Shown here: positions 49,445 through 60,013 of the stretch, in pieces
Layout of the letters: each line of letters begins with the position of its first letter
Position numbering within the stretch: the stretch's first letter is position 1
DNA from: Guillardia theta CCMP2712
Taxonomy: Eukaryota > Protista > Cryptophyta
DNA length: 64,000 nt
NCBI RefSeq assembly: GCF_000315625.1
Contig: NW_005434624.1
Coordinates: forward strand, 182,559 to 246,558
Direction: 5' to 3'
Program-made: the position numbers and the translations under genes
The notes under the pieces: model-generated
Told to the model about the DNA's origin: nothing
The model's input: the letters and a program-made list of their open reading frames with translations, nothing else
Databases searched by the model: none

Positions 49445-50790
49445 CGGGGTAGGGGAAATTTAGGGGTGGGGGTGGGGGGTGGACAGGATTTCTTGGGGGT
49501 AAGGGGGTTAGAGTTGGGTCTGGAGTAGGGTGGTTGCCTCACTTTCACTCGGCCCAGGGGGAGGGTAGTGGGGGAGGGGAGGTAGCTTTTGTTGGATTCG
49601 AGGGGGGTGAAGGTCCTTCGTACCGACCACCCACCCTGGAAATGGACGCATCATTACCCCTATTCAATATCCACCCACCCTCCCGCTAGGACGAGTTTCA
49701 ATATGAGGGAAGAAGGACTTGCGAACATTAGACGGTGAACTTGAAATATTTCGATGAACTTTGAAATTGCCACGGGCAGCCGCTTGAATGCTTGGAGAGG
49801 CGAACGAAAATTGAACAAAAGGGGTACTCCACGAAAGGGGAGTCCTGGAATACGACCAGGGTCCTGGAATACGATACAGGGGGGGTAGTCTGGCTGAATC
49901 CTGATGACCCTACCCCCCTTTTCCTCATTTGAAACGTATGTTAAACCAACCTACCACCCTCGTTGAATTGGATCTCAGACCCCTCACCCCCATTTTTCAA
50001 GTACCCACCCTTATTAAACCTCATTGTAGACCCAAGCCTAGCCTGCACCCACAAGACGTTACACCCCATGTGAAGCATTTCCTAATTGTTTGAAGGACCC
50101 CTACCCCCAATACGAGATCTACACCCCACTTTCAGGGATCCACCGACCCCTACCACTACCACCCTATCTTTCTACACTCCTTTTATGTATGCAGTAGACC
50201 TCTCGAATCTTCCTCCACCATGCCCTAAAACCACCCCACCCCATGTGTAATTTTCTAATCAAATTTTGAAGTTGGGAGGGTGATTTCGACTACCCCACCA
50301 CATCCAGTACTGACTACACCTACCCTTGGTCAGTACAATCCTTCTCCGTACCCCCGCCCCCCCTGTATCCTCCACCCCCTCCACACGGCCCCACCCCCTC
50401 TGATCGAGGCCCACCGATCTTCGTGATTACGTCGACATGACCCCATTGGGGGTCAGGGGGGAGATGGGGGTACCCCAGCGAGTCTCTAGGAGGGGTGGAG
50501 TTGAGCTACCGTCACTATTGTAGTAGTACAGGGGGTAGGTCATCAAATTCGAGATGTAGGAGAAGGGGTGGGGTACTGTAGAGTGGGGTGATGTAGTCAG
50601 AAAGGGTCACTGCTGCCCATTGAGTGGATGGGAGAGACAACAAGGGATGGGTTGCATGGGAGCACACGTGGTGGGGGTACATCAAGGGGTGGGTCCCTGT
50701 ATAAGGATTGGAAGGGGAATAAGGGGTGATGCTTCAAGTATTTATTTCTGTGGGGTGGGGTGGGCGATACGCCCTGCGGGGAACAAGGGT
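49445..50790. other. Long GGGGT/ACCCC tract with G-C-G polarity blocks
   Basis: G-rich ~49445-49615, C-rich ~49625-50400, G-rich ~50445-50790. Lies 5' of the phosphate carrier gene. Confidence 0.6.
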
Positions 50791-50845
50791 TTGAATGACT
50801 CGATTAGAAATCAAATTTCAGGCTTGGGCGGCTCAGTTTTTTCTC

Positions 50846-51360
50846 TTTACTCAAAGTTAAGTTAAAGCTCAGTACTATGATGATTGCCCGGCCATGCCGT
50901 CCTGGCCAGATCCGGCCGGGCGGCTCCGGGCTCGCCGCGGGCCGCAAGTTGTGACGGCCCTGTCGGAACCCCGGCGGCGCCCGGCCGGCTTCCGAGCCTC
51001 CGTGAGCGGCGATCGGACCGTACTCCGGGACTCCGAGTCCGGCGGAACTTCCGAACGGGCCGCAGCCAGTGGCACCGGGCGCGCGGGCAGTTCAGTGAGG
51101 ACTGAGGGCCCCGGCGGGGCCGGGCAAGAATGTCGAGGTCTCACTGAGCGGCACAATACTTGAGCTTTGATTCTCACTGAGCTGATAGACTAAAATAATC
51201 CCTCACTGTCAGGCTCAGTGCTTGAGGTGTGCACCGTTTGCCATCATTGAGTCCCGAGTTCCCCCGCGGCCCGGGCCGGCCCGGCCCCGGGCCGGCTCAT
51301 CAGTGGTATGGACTCCGGCCAGCCGACTGAGGAGAAACTTGCCAGTGTCCAGGCTCGCCG
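50846..51360. repeat. Conserved core (50846-50863) followed by GC-rich island G
   Basis: TTTACTCAAAGTTAAGTTAAAGCTCAGTACTATGATGATTGCCCGGCC; the tail resembles AGTACTATGATGCAGTGCCCGGCC at 24841. Confidence 0.85.
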
Positions 51361-51363
51361 AAT

Positions 51364-51885
51364 ACGATCAAGTAGACGGTGCTCGAATCATCAGTGACTC
51401 CCAGATACAAGGGTGACTCCGATGATTAATCCAAACCTCTCTCTCTGCCTCGATACTACCGTACTGATAGCTGTAGAAAGCCAACTTCAAACTGCAGAAA
51501 TCTCAATATGGCCTTTGGAGCGCTTAACTGACTATTCTAATGTTGCTCGTTGCGTTTCCTCGAGCTTTACTCAACGTTCGACGGTTGATGAAATATCAAT
51601 GAGCTCCTGACACCTTGAAATCGTACAAATCAATCGGAGATTGTAGCCTCGGAAAGGGAAGACACAAACATTCTTTTTCAATTCACTTGAGTCACACAGG
51701 TGATAATCAGCAATTACATCATCAATTGATTATCAAATCCATCAGAATAGTCAGTGAAGCGCTCCAAAGGCATATTGAGATTCCTGCAGTTTGAAGTTGG
51801 CTTTCTATGACTTTCGAGGCAGAGAGAGAGAGGTTTGGATTGATGGCCCTTGTATCTGGGAGGATCCGAGCACCTACTTGATCGT
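51364..51885. repeat. Long inverted repeat (arms ~51364-51542 and ~51740-51885)
   Basis: Manual alignment shows shared blocks ACGATCAAGTAG, CTCCCAGATACAAGGG, AATCCAAACCTCTC..GCCTCGA, TAGAAAGCCAACTTCAAACTGCAG and CCTTTGGAGCGCTT.ACTGACTATTCT. Confidence 0.9.
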
Positions 51886-52060
51886 GTGCTTGAAGCAGTT
51901 TGGTATGTCTCACTTTTTAAATAATAAATGTCCATGCAGGAAAATTCACATACTTGTAAACAGTACCAGAAAGCAACTATGAAACCTGTACTAGTACGAT
52001 CCGTCGGTCTCAGCTGCCACCGTCTGGTGACGGTCAGTGTCCTCAGCCTGCCAGAGGCTT

Positions 52061-54691
52061 TCAATCGCCGGTGAGGTCGATCACATTGATGTGAGAGGTC
52101 AGCTGGTCCTCCCGCGCCCGCTTGCGCCCGCTGAGCGGGCGCCGTACAAGCGACTTCCTCGTCGGCTCCTCTTCCAAGTTGAAGTCGTCAGAGTCACTTG
52201 CACTCCTTAGCGCGGAGAGTCTCTCGGCTGCGATGAGAGACTTGAGCGGGCTGAAGCGCTGCTGGGAGACCTGCTCCTCCCATCATCAGCCTCTTTCCTC
52301 TGACTCGCCCTCCTCAACATCGCACTCACCCGTACCCGAGAAGAACGCACGTCTTTCCCCGACCCTTTGCCGGTGGCGAAGTCGATCTTGTATGCAGGAT
52401 ACGCGCTGGCGCTGTGCTGCAGGCAGCTCAAGTCAGGATCCAGGCACATACAGCTTCACAACTCAGTGACTGTGGTACCGAGATGACGAAGATGCCGGGG
52501 TTGCTGCTGTTGTCGACCATGCTGTGAAAGTGCTGCCCAGCACTGCCTGCTGCAAGTTCAGCTCCGACTCCTCTTCATTCGGCAGGCGGAGAGTTCACAC
52601 TCAAGGTGTACGCACCGCTCGGGTCCAGAGGAGGCGCGCGGTAGCTGGATTGTCCTTCCGTGTATCGCCCGACCACAATCTTCAGAGGTTCTTTGCGGTC
52701 AAGGCGCTGCAGCAACGAGGAGCTTTCGAGCTGCACTCACCCGAGCGAGCAACATTGACTGCTCGTGAGGATTCGAAGGATCAGAATGGCAGTAGCGCAG
52801 CGAGTAACTGAGCAAGCAAAGTCACTGTCACCGTCCCCCGTCCTTGCCGCCGAGCAGCAGGCAGTCTAACCTCGCGTCTCTCGCAAAGTAAGCGCCCGCA
52901 CCAAACGCCATGCCGTTCCTTGACCCTGGCATGCCAGCATCACTACCGACCTCAACCTCATATGGGCCATCCACCTGCAAGGGTGACCAGGAACCCCTCG
53001 TTCATGATGGCTGATCCGGGATTTTCTCCAGACCTGCTTTTCGTCAGCCGGAAAGCAAACAGCGTCTGCATCCTCGTGGCTCTCACCCGCTCCCTGATCC
53101 CGTGCCGTGGAAGGCCCAGCGCTCCATAGTCGAGGGGTTCCACTCCATCCCTCGCTTGAGTACCTCGTTGCGAATCCGGTTTCTCTATAGGTTGCGTCAA
53201 CCCTATCGCTCCTAGTGTCAGGGAAGGAGATCAAGTGACCTGGATCTCAAAGAGCTGGCGGAGGCCGGGGTTCTCTATACGGCTGATGCGCACGATCTTG
53301 GGCCTGCAGGTAGAGGAACAGGGTCAGTCCTCTCACTACCGCCCTTGTCTGCTGACTACGCACCCGCTCCCGCGGATAGACGTGTGGAAGAGGCTCGACA
53401 CCATTCGATACTCCTCGCTCTCGTTCGGGAGCTGCTTGAGGAGGTCCACGTCCTCCCTGCAGGCAACCCGTCAGCCATGCTGGTTACAGACAGGACTACA
53501 GCAGTTCAACTTACGTCTTCGACTTCCACAGCCTTCCGGGGAAGAAAGAGAAAGCACCATGCAACGGACAAGCAGCAAGTCAGCTCAACGGGACTACAGC
53601 GTCGCTCGCAAGAGAAGGAACATCACTTCCTTACCAAGGGTGGTCGGTCACTTGCGTCTTCCCGTCGTAGCACACCTCGTGCACCTCCCCGTCGTTGGTG
53701 TATAATGTGCCAGAGACCGGCACGTGCTTCTCAAATCTCCCTTCAAAGATGCGAAAGACGTTCTTCTGCTCGTCCAGGCATTCGTAGATCCCCTGCAACA
53801 AGCGCGGGTCAAGGACACAGTCTTCCTCCTCCCCCACAGCGCATCTCTTACCTCGCCTTCCATCATGTCATCTTTCCAGCTCCCCCAATATTCATAGTCG
53901 GACGCCTGGCAGTGCCCTTGCCCTGCCAAGGTCTCGATAAGAGATAATCGCATCGATCATATTGCTAAGGGATCATCGTATCGATCATATTGCTAAGGGA
54001 TCATCGCATCGATCATATTGCTAAGGGATCATCGTATAGAGCATATTGGTAAGGGATCATCGTATCCATCAGACCAGAGGTCAGCACGGCATGCAAGCTC
54101 GATTCTCACCGTTGCGAAGGTCGTCCTTGTACTCTCCCTCGTATTTCGTTCCGTCTGCCCACTCGTACGTCCCGTAGCCATGCCGCTTGTTGTCCTTCAT
54201 CTCCCCTGCATGGGTATGTCGTCATCACTCGATTCAAGTCACCGCTACGGTTGTCACCATGATAGTAAGAGCCGTCGGGCCATTGCGTCATCCCGCTCCC
54301 TTGCAAGACGCCGTCCTTGAACCGTCCCGTCACCCTGCGGCTCAGTCACTCTTGCCCTGCTCGTCTCTCCTCAGGGGAGCTTCGGACTCACGTTGGCCCT
54401 GACTGGAAGTGCATCGCTCCTTCCCCGGTCAGTGGGCGACCCTCCTCCGTGCCCTCCCAGTAAATCCCGTCCGCCCATATGCGCCTGCAATGCCATGAGA
54501 AGGAGAGGATGGCGCAGCTGCGATGCAAGCATGAGCAACAAGTACCTCATTCGGCCATCGTCGAGCACCTCGGAGAAGATGTAGGTGTCAAGCAAAGTTG
54601 CTGACATGTCTACAGCATTGCCCGACGTGAGGTCTACACTGACTTGCACCGTCATCTGCAGGGGTAAGTCAACCAATGGCTGAGAGATCAT
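52061..54691 (-). CDS. MORN-repeat + PARP catalytic domain (mono-ADP-ribosyltransferase type) protein
   Basis: MORN motifs GRFKDGVLQGSG, YEGEYKDDLRNG and YWGSWKDDMMEG. PARP exons EYRMVSSLF..KIVRISRIENPGL, ERWAFHGT (HGT at 53101-53109), GMAFGAGAYFARDA, SMLLAR|IVVGRYTEG, FHSMVDNSSNPGIFVI and AYPAYKIDF. Confidence 0.85.
53947..54066. repeat. 28-bp minisatellite (ATCG[C/T]ATCGATCATATTGCTAAGGGATC, ~4 copies) in intron
   Basis: Directly visible tandem units. Confidence 0.9.
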
Positions 54692-54720
54692 TCAAAAGCG
54701 ACATTGCATACAAGGTAAAG

Positions 54721-54940
54721 CAAAACTGTTTGCTCTCAGGCAGAATGATGCAACATCGAAACGTCTGAAAAGAAAAAAAAGAAAACTGTTTGCTCTCAGG
54801 CAGAATGATGCAACATCAAAAAGATTCAAATGAAGAAAGGAAAACTGTTTGCTCTCAGGCAGATTGATGCAACATCAAAACGTTTGAAAAGAAGAAAGCA
54901 AAACTGTTTGCTCTCAGGCAGATTGATGCAACATCGAATC
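54721..54940. repeat. ~60-bp tandem repeat, 4 copies, immediately upstream of the MORN-PARP start
   Basis: Conserved AAAACTGTTTGCTCTCAGGCAGA[A/T]TGATGCAACATC followed by A-rich variable linkers. Confidence 0.9.
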
Positions 54941-55769
54941 GTATGATTTGCATTGGGGGACCAAAACACCACACTTCTTGGTGAGCAAACGGCGAGATAA
55001 AGGGATGATCAAGACACATTTAGGAAGAAGGCACTGGAAAAGGTTGCCATACTTTGAGTAAGAGGGTTTTGCTGATGGAACGGCGAGCTTCCACGACGAC
55101 TTCCAGATCTCCGAAGGGAGGGAGGGAGCTAAGAAAATGGGGGATGCAAGCTATCAACGAACTAGGGAGGAGGGAGGGACAAGGAAGTTGGAGGTCCTAT
55201 CGACAAGGCAGGAAGGGAAGGAGCCTGGCTATCAACTAGTAGAGGAGGGGAGAGGGGTGTGTCGGAGCGCGACCGTGGGAGGGGGGCGGTGGGTCGGCTC
55301 AGTTGCTGGTTCCTGCCCTACCCTGAAAGTGTATACCCTTCCCTGGGTTCCCTATGGGGCTCCTACCCCTTCTTCTGTGTGGAAAATACCGGGTACAAGG
55401 GGTGGTGCCTGGGGGAGCTTGGTGGGAAACTTGTGGTGTTTACTTCTCATAGCCCACAGTTCCTGGTTGTGCTGCCCTTCACGAGAGTACTAATATTTCA
55501 CTGAGGCGAGGGCAGATTTTCTATATATTTCCTTCTGTCCTATGTGCTGCCCTTTTCACTTCACGCTTGAGTCCCTCCATTCGCTCCTCCCTCTCTCCTC
55601 TCCCTCCCTCCCTCCCTCCCTCCCTCCCCTCCCCTCCCTCCCCTCCCCTCCCCCTCTCCCTTCCTCCTCGCCCTGACCGGCCTCCCAGCCATCAAATGTC
55701 TCACCCACCCTCCTGTTGGATTTGCACTCTACAATCAGCCTGAGAACATCATCTCACCCACTATCTCCT

Positions 55770-57260
55770 CTGAGTCAAGCATTTCTTTCTTGTACTTTAT
55801 TCATGTAAAGAAGATACTGCAAATCGAAATTTGCAGGTTCAAGAAAGACTAGGAATCGAGGAGCGAAGGCGTGGATGGTAGCCTCATTCACAGCTATGAT
55901 GAAACAAGAGATGTTTTGGGCATATATCGACAACCTCCTGCAGCCGACATATTCTGATCAGCTCCACCTGACAGCATCACAGCCTTATTTGCGCCTGGTC
56001 TATGGTGACAATCAAACACGACAGTTTCCTCCTAGCGTTCTTGTTTTAAGACAAACTAGGCTTCAAGGTCAAAGCTAGTCGCGCATATGAATTTTTCCCT
56101 TTCAGGTATCGAGCTTTTCTTATGGAGGCACTCAGTCACCCCCGTTGTTGACCCACTATGGATCGCCCTCTCAGCGCTCACGAATCTGTTGTCGAGCATG
56201 GATGAGGCGAGAGGCTCAGTTGGCTCAGCGGGATGGCATCTTTAATTCGATAGATCGGCAATGCTTTAATTTACATCCTGTTTCTCGACAAACAATTATC
56301 AACGTTACCCGTTCTGCTCGCCTTCACTGAGGGCCTTGCGGGCCGTCTATTCTTCGAGTCCAGATCGGCGCCTGGGGTCCTTCTCGGGGGTCCTTCTTGA
56401 GGCCCCAGGCAGACGAGTGAGCATGGAGAAGACAGTGGGATCACTCCGACATCTGTTGAACGCACTGCAGCCATGTGTCCACTCGCTCAAAGATCTGCCA
56501 CACACGCACAACGTCACAGGCTGTGGAGCCGCTTCACAACCATGTGCAACTCACCTGACCCTCCTCGGACTTTACCCTTCCATACGGGAGGCAGGTTGCC
56601 ACGAAGACCTGCCCATCATGCTTCTTGTACTTGACCATCCCAAGAGACTGCCCTTTCCCTCCCGGCATCGCAAAAGGATCTGGTTCCTCATCGATGAACG
56701 ACGCACGCGGAGATGTGTCTATGGTGAAGGACGAAAGGATGAGGTCGTTCGGATTCGCGCCGTCACCATCATAGGGCTCGATCTCTACACTGGCGCAGGC
56801 TGTGGTCCCAGATTGGGCGTCAGCCCAGAACTTTCCACCAGCATGCAGTCTCTTTTTCGTTCCGAGCAACACCCATTCCATGTCACCGCAGTAGATACGG
56901 AATTCCTTGAAACCCTCTCTCAGCACACAGTCGGTCAAAATGTCGTTGTTTGTGTATTGCATGCTTGTGGAAAAGAAATCACCTGCTCAGAAAAAGAAAG
57001 AGTCAGTTGTCTGATTTCCTGGACAATCGACATTGCTGACTGTACTTGGGTTGCACAAACTTGCACACACACAAACAGAAAAGCATTGAAACAAAAAATC
57101 ATTTCAACAACAAATTCTTCATCATATTTCTTTGCCATTCCAATATACCAAAGACAACACTGTCCCATAAACATGAAAATGATCTTTCGAACTAGCAAAG
57201 AGCATGCGTTGGTGCAGAGGACTATTCGAATCTATGCACGCAAACGGAGCAGGAGAGCAT
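55770..57260 (-). CDS. Hypothetical multi-exon protein
   Basis: Core exon ORF 56534-56962 (EFRIYCGDMEWVLLG...FVATCLPYGRV) with flanking candidate exons. No family recognised; ends uncertain. Confidence 0.4.
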
Positions 57261-57465
57261 AGCATAGGTCGGAGCCTCCTCTCCTTTGCTCCTCCTCACC
57301 TTCTGTTCTGTTGACAAGCGCGTCAAACTCGTACTTCTGCTCACCACCATCGCCATCCAGCACCACCACCATCGCCTCGTGAGGGCAGGCCATTTCCTAG
57401 ACAGCTGACAACGTTACAAGGAGCGTTACATGAAAAAGATTTAGGGTTACAGGACGGTTTACTCT

Positions 57466-57553
57466 GTAGGGTAGGGTAGGGTAGGGTAGGGTGGGTAGGG
57501 CAGGGCAGGGCAGGGAAGGGAAGGCCAGGGTAGGGTAGGGTAGGGTAGGGTAG
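57466..57553 (+). repeat. (GTAGG)n pentamer repeat, G-quadruplex-prone
   Basis: GGGTA/GGGCA/GGGAA units in tandem between divergent genes. Confidence 0.9.
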
Positions 57554-57960
57554 TTCAGGCCAACTGAAGAAATGCAGAGATTTAGCGGTATGCATGGTGC
57601 GGACGAAAGAAGTGGAGGCTAGTTGGCAGGAAAGAATAGCAGATAGATAGGAGGCCAATACCAGTGCAATGATGACAAGAAATGGAATAGAAATGGTCTT
57701 CATCTCAAGATGCTGATGACGAGTGATCGAGCTTCTTGAAACCAATGAAAAAAACGGCGGCTACCAACAGAGTGTGGAGGAAAATCTCAGTGCGCATTGA
57801 AATGATTAGAGCGAATATCGTTTTAAGTTGCTCAGGATTTGATGGACGAATGATTTATGACAGACGTCTTGACGAATGTGGTTTGATAATTGTTTGACGA
57901 TTTGTCTGAATACGATTGCCATCGATACATCGCGCCTGACCCTTGAGATGGCAGGTCGGT

Positions 57961-59087
57961 ATGTCTGATACGACCGACGACCTCTCGAGCGCAAAGCTCA
58001 AGCCAGGTGCTACCCTGGACAGGTTTAATGATGCCGTTAAGCGGGGAGAATCGGGTGCGCACGGGAATATACTTGTGGACAACCCGGGGCTGGTGGAGGA
58101 TCTCGCAATAGAGTTCTACAAGTTCAATGAGAACCCTAAGGAGAGTCCGAACCTTGAGGTAACTGGCAATGGCATGCCCTACGGTGCGCTGAAGAAGATG
58201 TTTGGTTCTTCCAGGTAGAGGAGGAGGACGATTGCAGCTTCCTGATGGATTGCCTAGACCATGACAGCTGCGCTGACGATGCTGACCTCGCTCTTGCTCT
58301 GCTGAGGATGCTGAAAGTTCTGTCACGGAAGTATGCCAACCGCTGCAACTTGGAGTTGGAAGACATCCGGATCATCTCAAAGTACCTGCATAACAAGGAG
58401 TCACTGTACGTGGCGGGAGAGGCAGCCAGCATTTTCCTCAACATCTGCTATGAAAAGGAGAACGTGCTCATGGTAATACAGGAGAACGTGGTGCAGCCCC
58501 TGGCAGAGCTACTGGACTCTCCCTTCGAGGACGTGCAGGCGAACGCTGCTGGGGCGCTGCAGTCGCTGTCCTTCCAAGAAGAGGGCAGAGTGCACATGCG
58601 GGAGGCAGAAGTGCTGCCCTCCCTGTTCCCCCTGCTGACGCACTCGAGCGTGAAGGTCAGGACGCGTACAGTCGGCGTCATCCACAACATGAGCTCGGAC
58701 GTGGGCTCCATCAAGATCATCAGGACCGGCAACGCCATCAAGGAGCTGGTCAGGATGCTGGCGGCACCTCAGGTAAGCATCTGCGGCAGCGCTGCCGGGG
58801 CGATCCAGAACCTGTCGAGGGAGCAGGCGAGCAAGCAAGAGATCGTGGAAGCCGGAGGCATCCCACCTCTGCTCGACCTGATGTTCGGTTCTGATGTGCA
58901 GAGCCAAGTCTGCGCTGCTGGGGCCCTCCTGAACCTCTTGGGTCCGCAACTTGAGTCGGATCCCAACACTGGGATACAGACCCCTTTCAACCTGTCGCAG
59001 AGAAGAGGACTCAGCCGCCTTGTTATGCTTTCAGTGGTAACTGGTATGGCATTCCATGGCCTCTACTCGGACGACGCAGAATCGTGA
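57961..59087 (+). CDS. ARM-repeat protein
   Basis: VQPLAELLDS..VQANAAGALQSLS, GSAAGAIQNLS and AGGIPPLLDL..VCAAGALLNL. One intron at ~58159-58214. Confidence 0.85.
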
Positions 59088-59279
59088 CCCCGGCAACGAT
59101 TGAGGTTGCTGCAATGAAAATCCCAGTTTCGCGGTTGGCAAGGGCCAACCGTTCCAGTCGGCCATGACCATTCGGACGTAGCCGATCAGTGACAGGATCT
59201 TGCAGCCTTAGATGTAGACTATGAAGTGTACTAGAAGTGAAAACTATCTTCGGAACCACCCTGGTGACTAAGTGAAATA

Positions 59280-59712
59280 GTTAGCCGTCAGGGAGTCCGA
59301 CGCCGTCAGGGAGCCTCGGAGTCCGACGCCGTCAGGGAGTCCGACTGTGAGTGTGAGACTGAGGCTAGCCTCGGACGGTGTCTCGGAGACTCGGAGGCTC
59401 ACTGAGCGGCTAGCTGCCAGGCCCGCGGTTCCCGGACTCCGAGTCCTGGCGTTGGCAAGCCTGAGCCTCTCAGGCTGGAATGCGGCGGTCCGCACCGTGC
59501 CGGCCGTGCCACGGCCTGACGGTTTCCATTCCCGGCAGTTCACTCTACTGGCCCAGTGGGGTCGGTGGCAGTGACTGGCCGGCCCGGGCCCGGGCCGCGG
59601 GGCCGCGGGGGCGGGGGCCGGCCGTGCCTATATGAGTCGGACTGGCCGCGCAATTTGTACGAAACCTTGACCCTGACCTTTACTCAAAGTTAAGTTAAAA
59701 ATCAGTACGAGG
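59280..59712. repeat. GC-rich island I ending in the conserved core (59678-59712)
   Basis: Island vocabulary plus the 35-bp block identical to 43129-43163. Confidence 0.85.
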
Positions 59713-60013
59713 GCAGTACGAAACCACTTGATGACCACCACTGATGCTGGTACCATATATCGTTTACTCAATTATTTGAGCGAAATAAGATAGACGGAAT
59801 GGACGGGAAAGATGGAGGAATGAGAAGATCCAGTGAGGAGGAGGAGCGGGAAGGAGAGGGGGAGAGGATCAGGGAGATCGTGAGAAATGGTAGGAGAGGA
59901 TGGATGGGGCGAGGGATGAAGCAGAGGGTGATAGCGTCAGGAGAACCAGGGAGTTGAGGATGTGGGATGAGAGCCGGAGCAGATTCAAATCTCCCTGTTG
60001 TCATGGAGAGGCA

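Noticed and set aside
51364-51885. MITE call for the inverted repeat
   Set aside because: No clear target-site duplication or defined termini; left boundary fades into the island. Kept as an inverted repeat only.
54721-54940. CRISPR array
   Set aside because: The linkers are related to each other and A-rich, there are only four units, the context is eukaryotic, and no cas genes are present. Better described as a minisatellite.
56336-57262. 308-aa + strand ORF
   Set aside because: No recognisable motif; splice signals and codon style favour the - strand.
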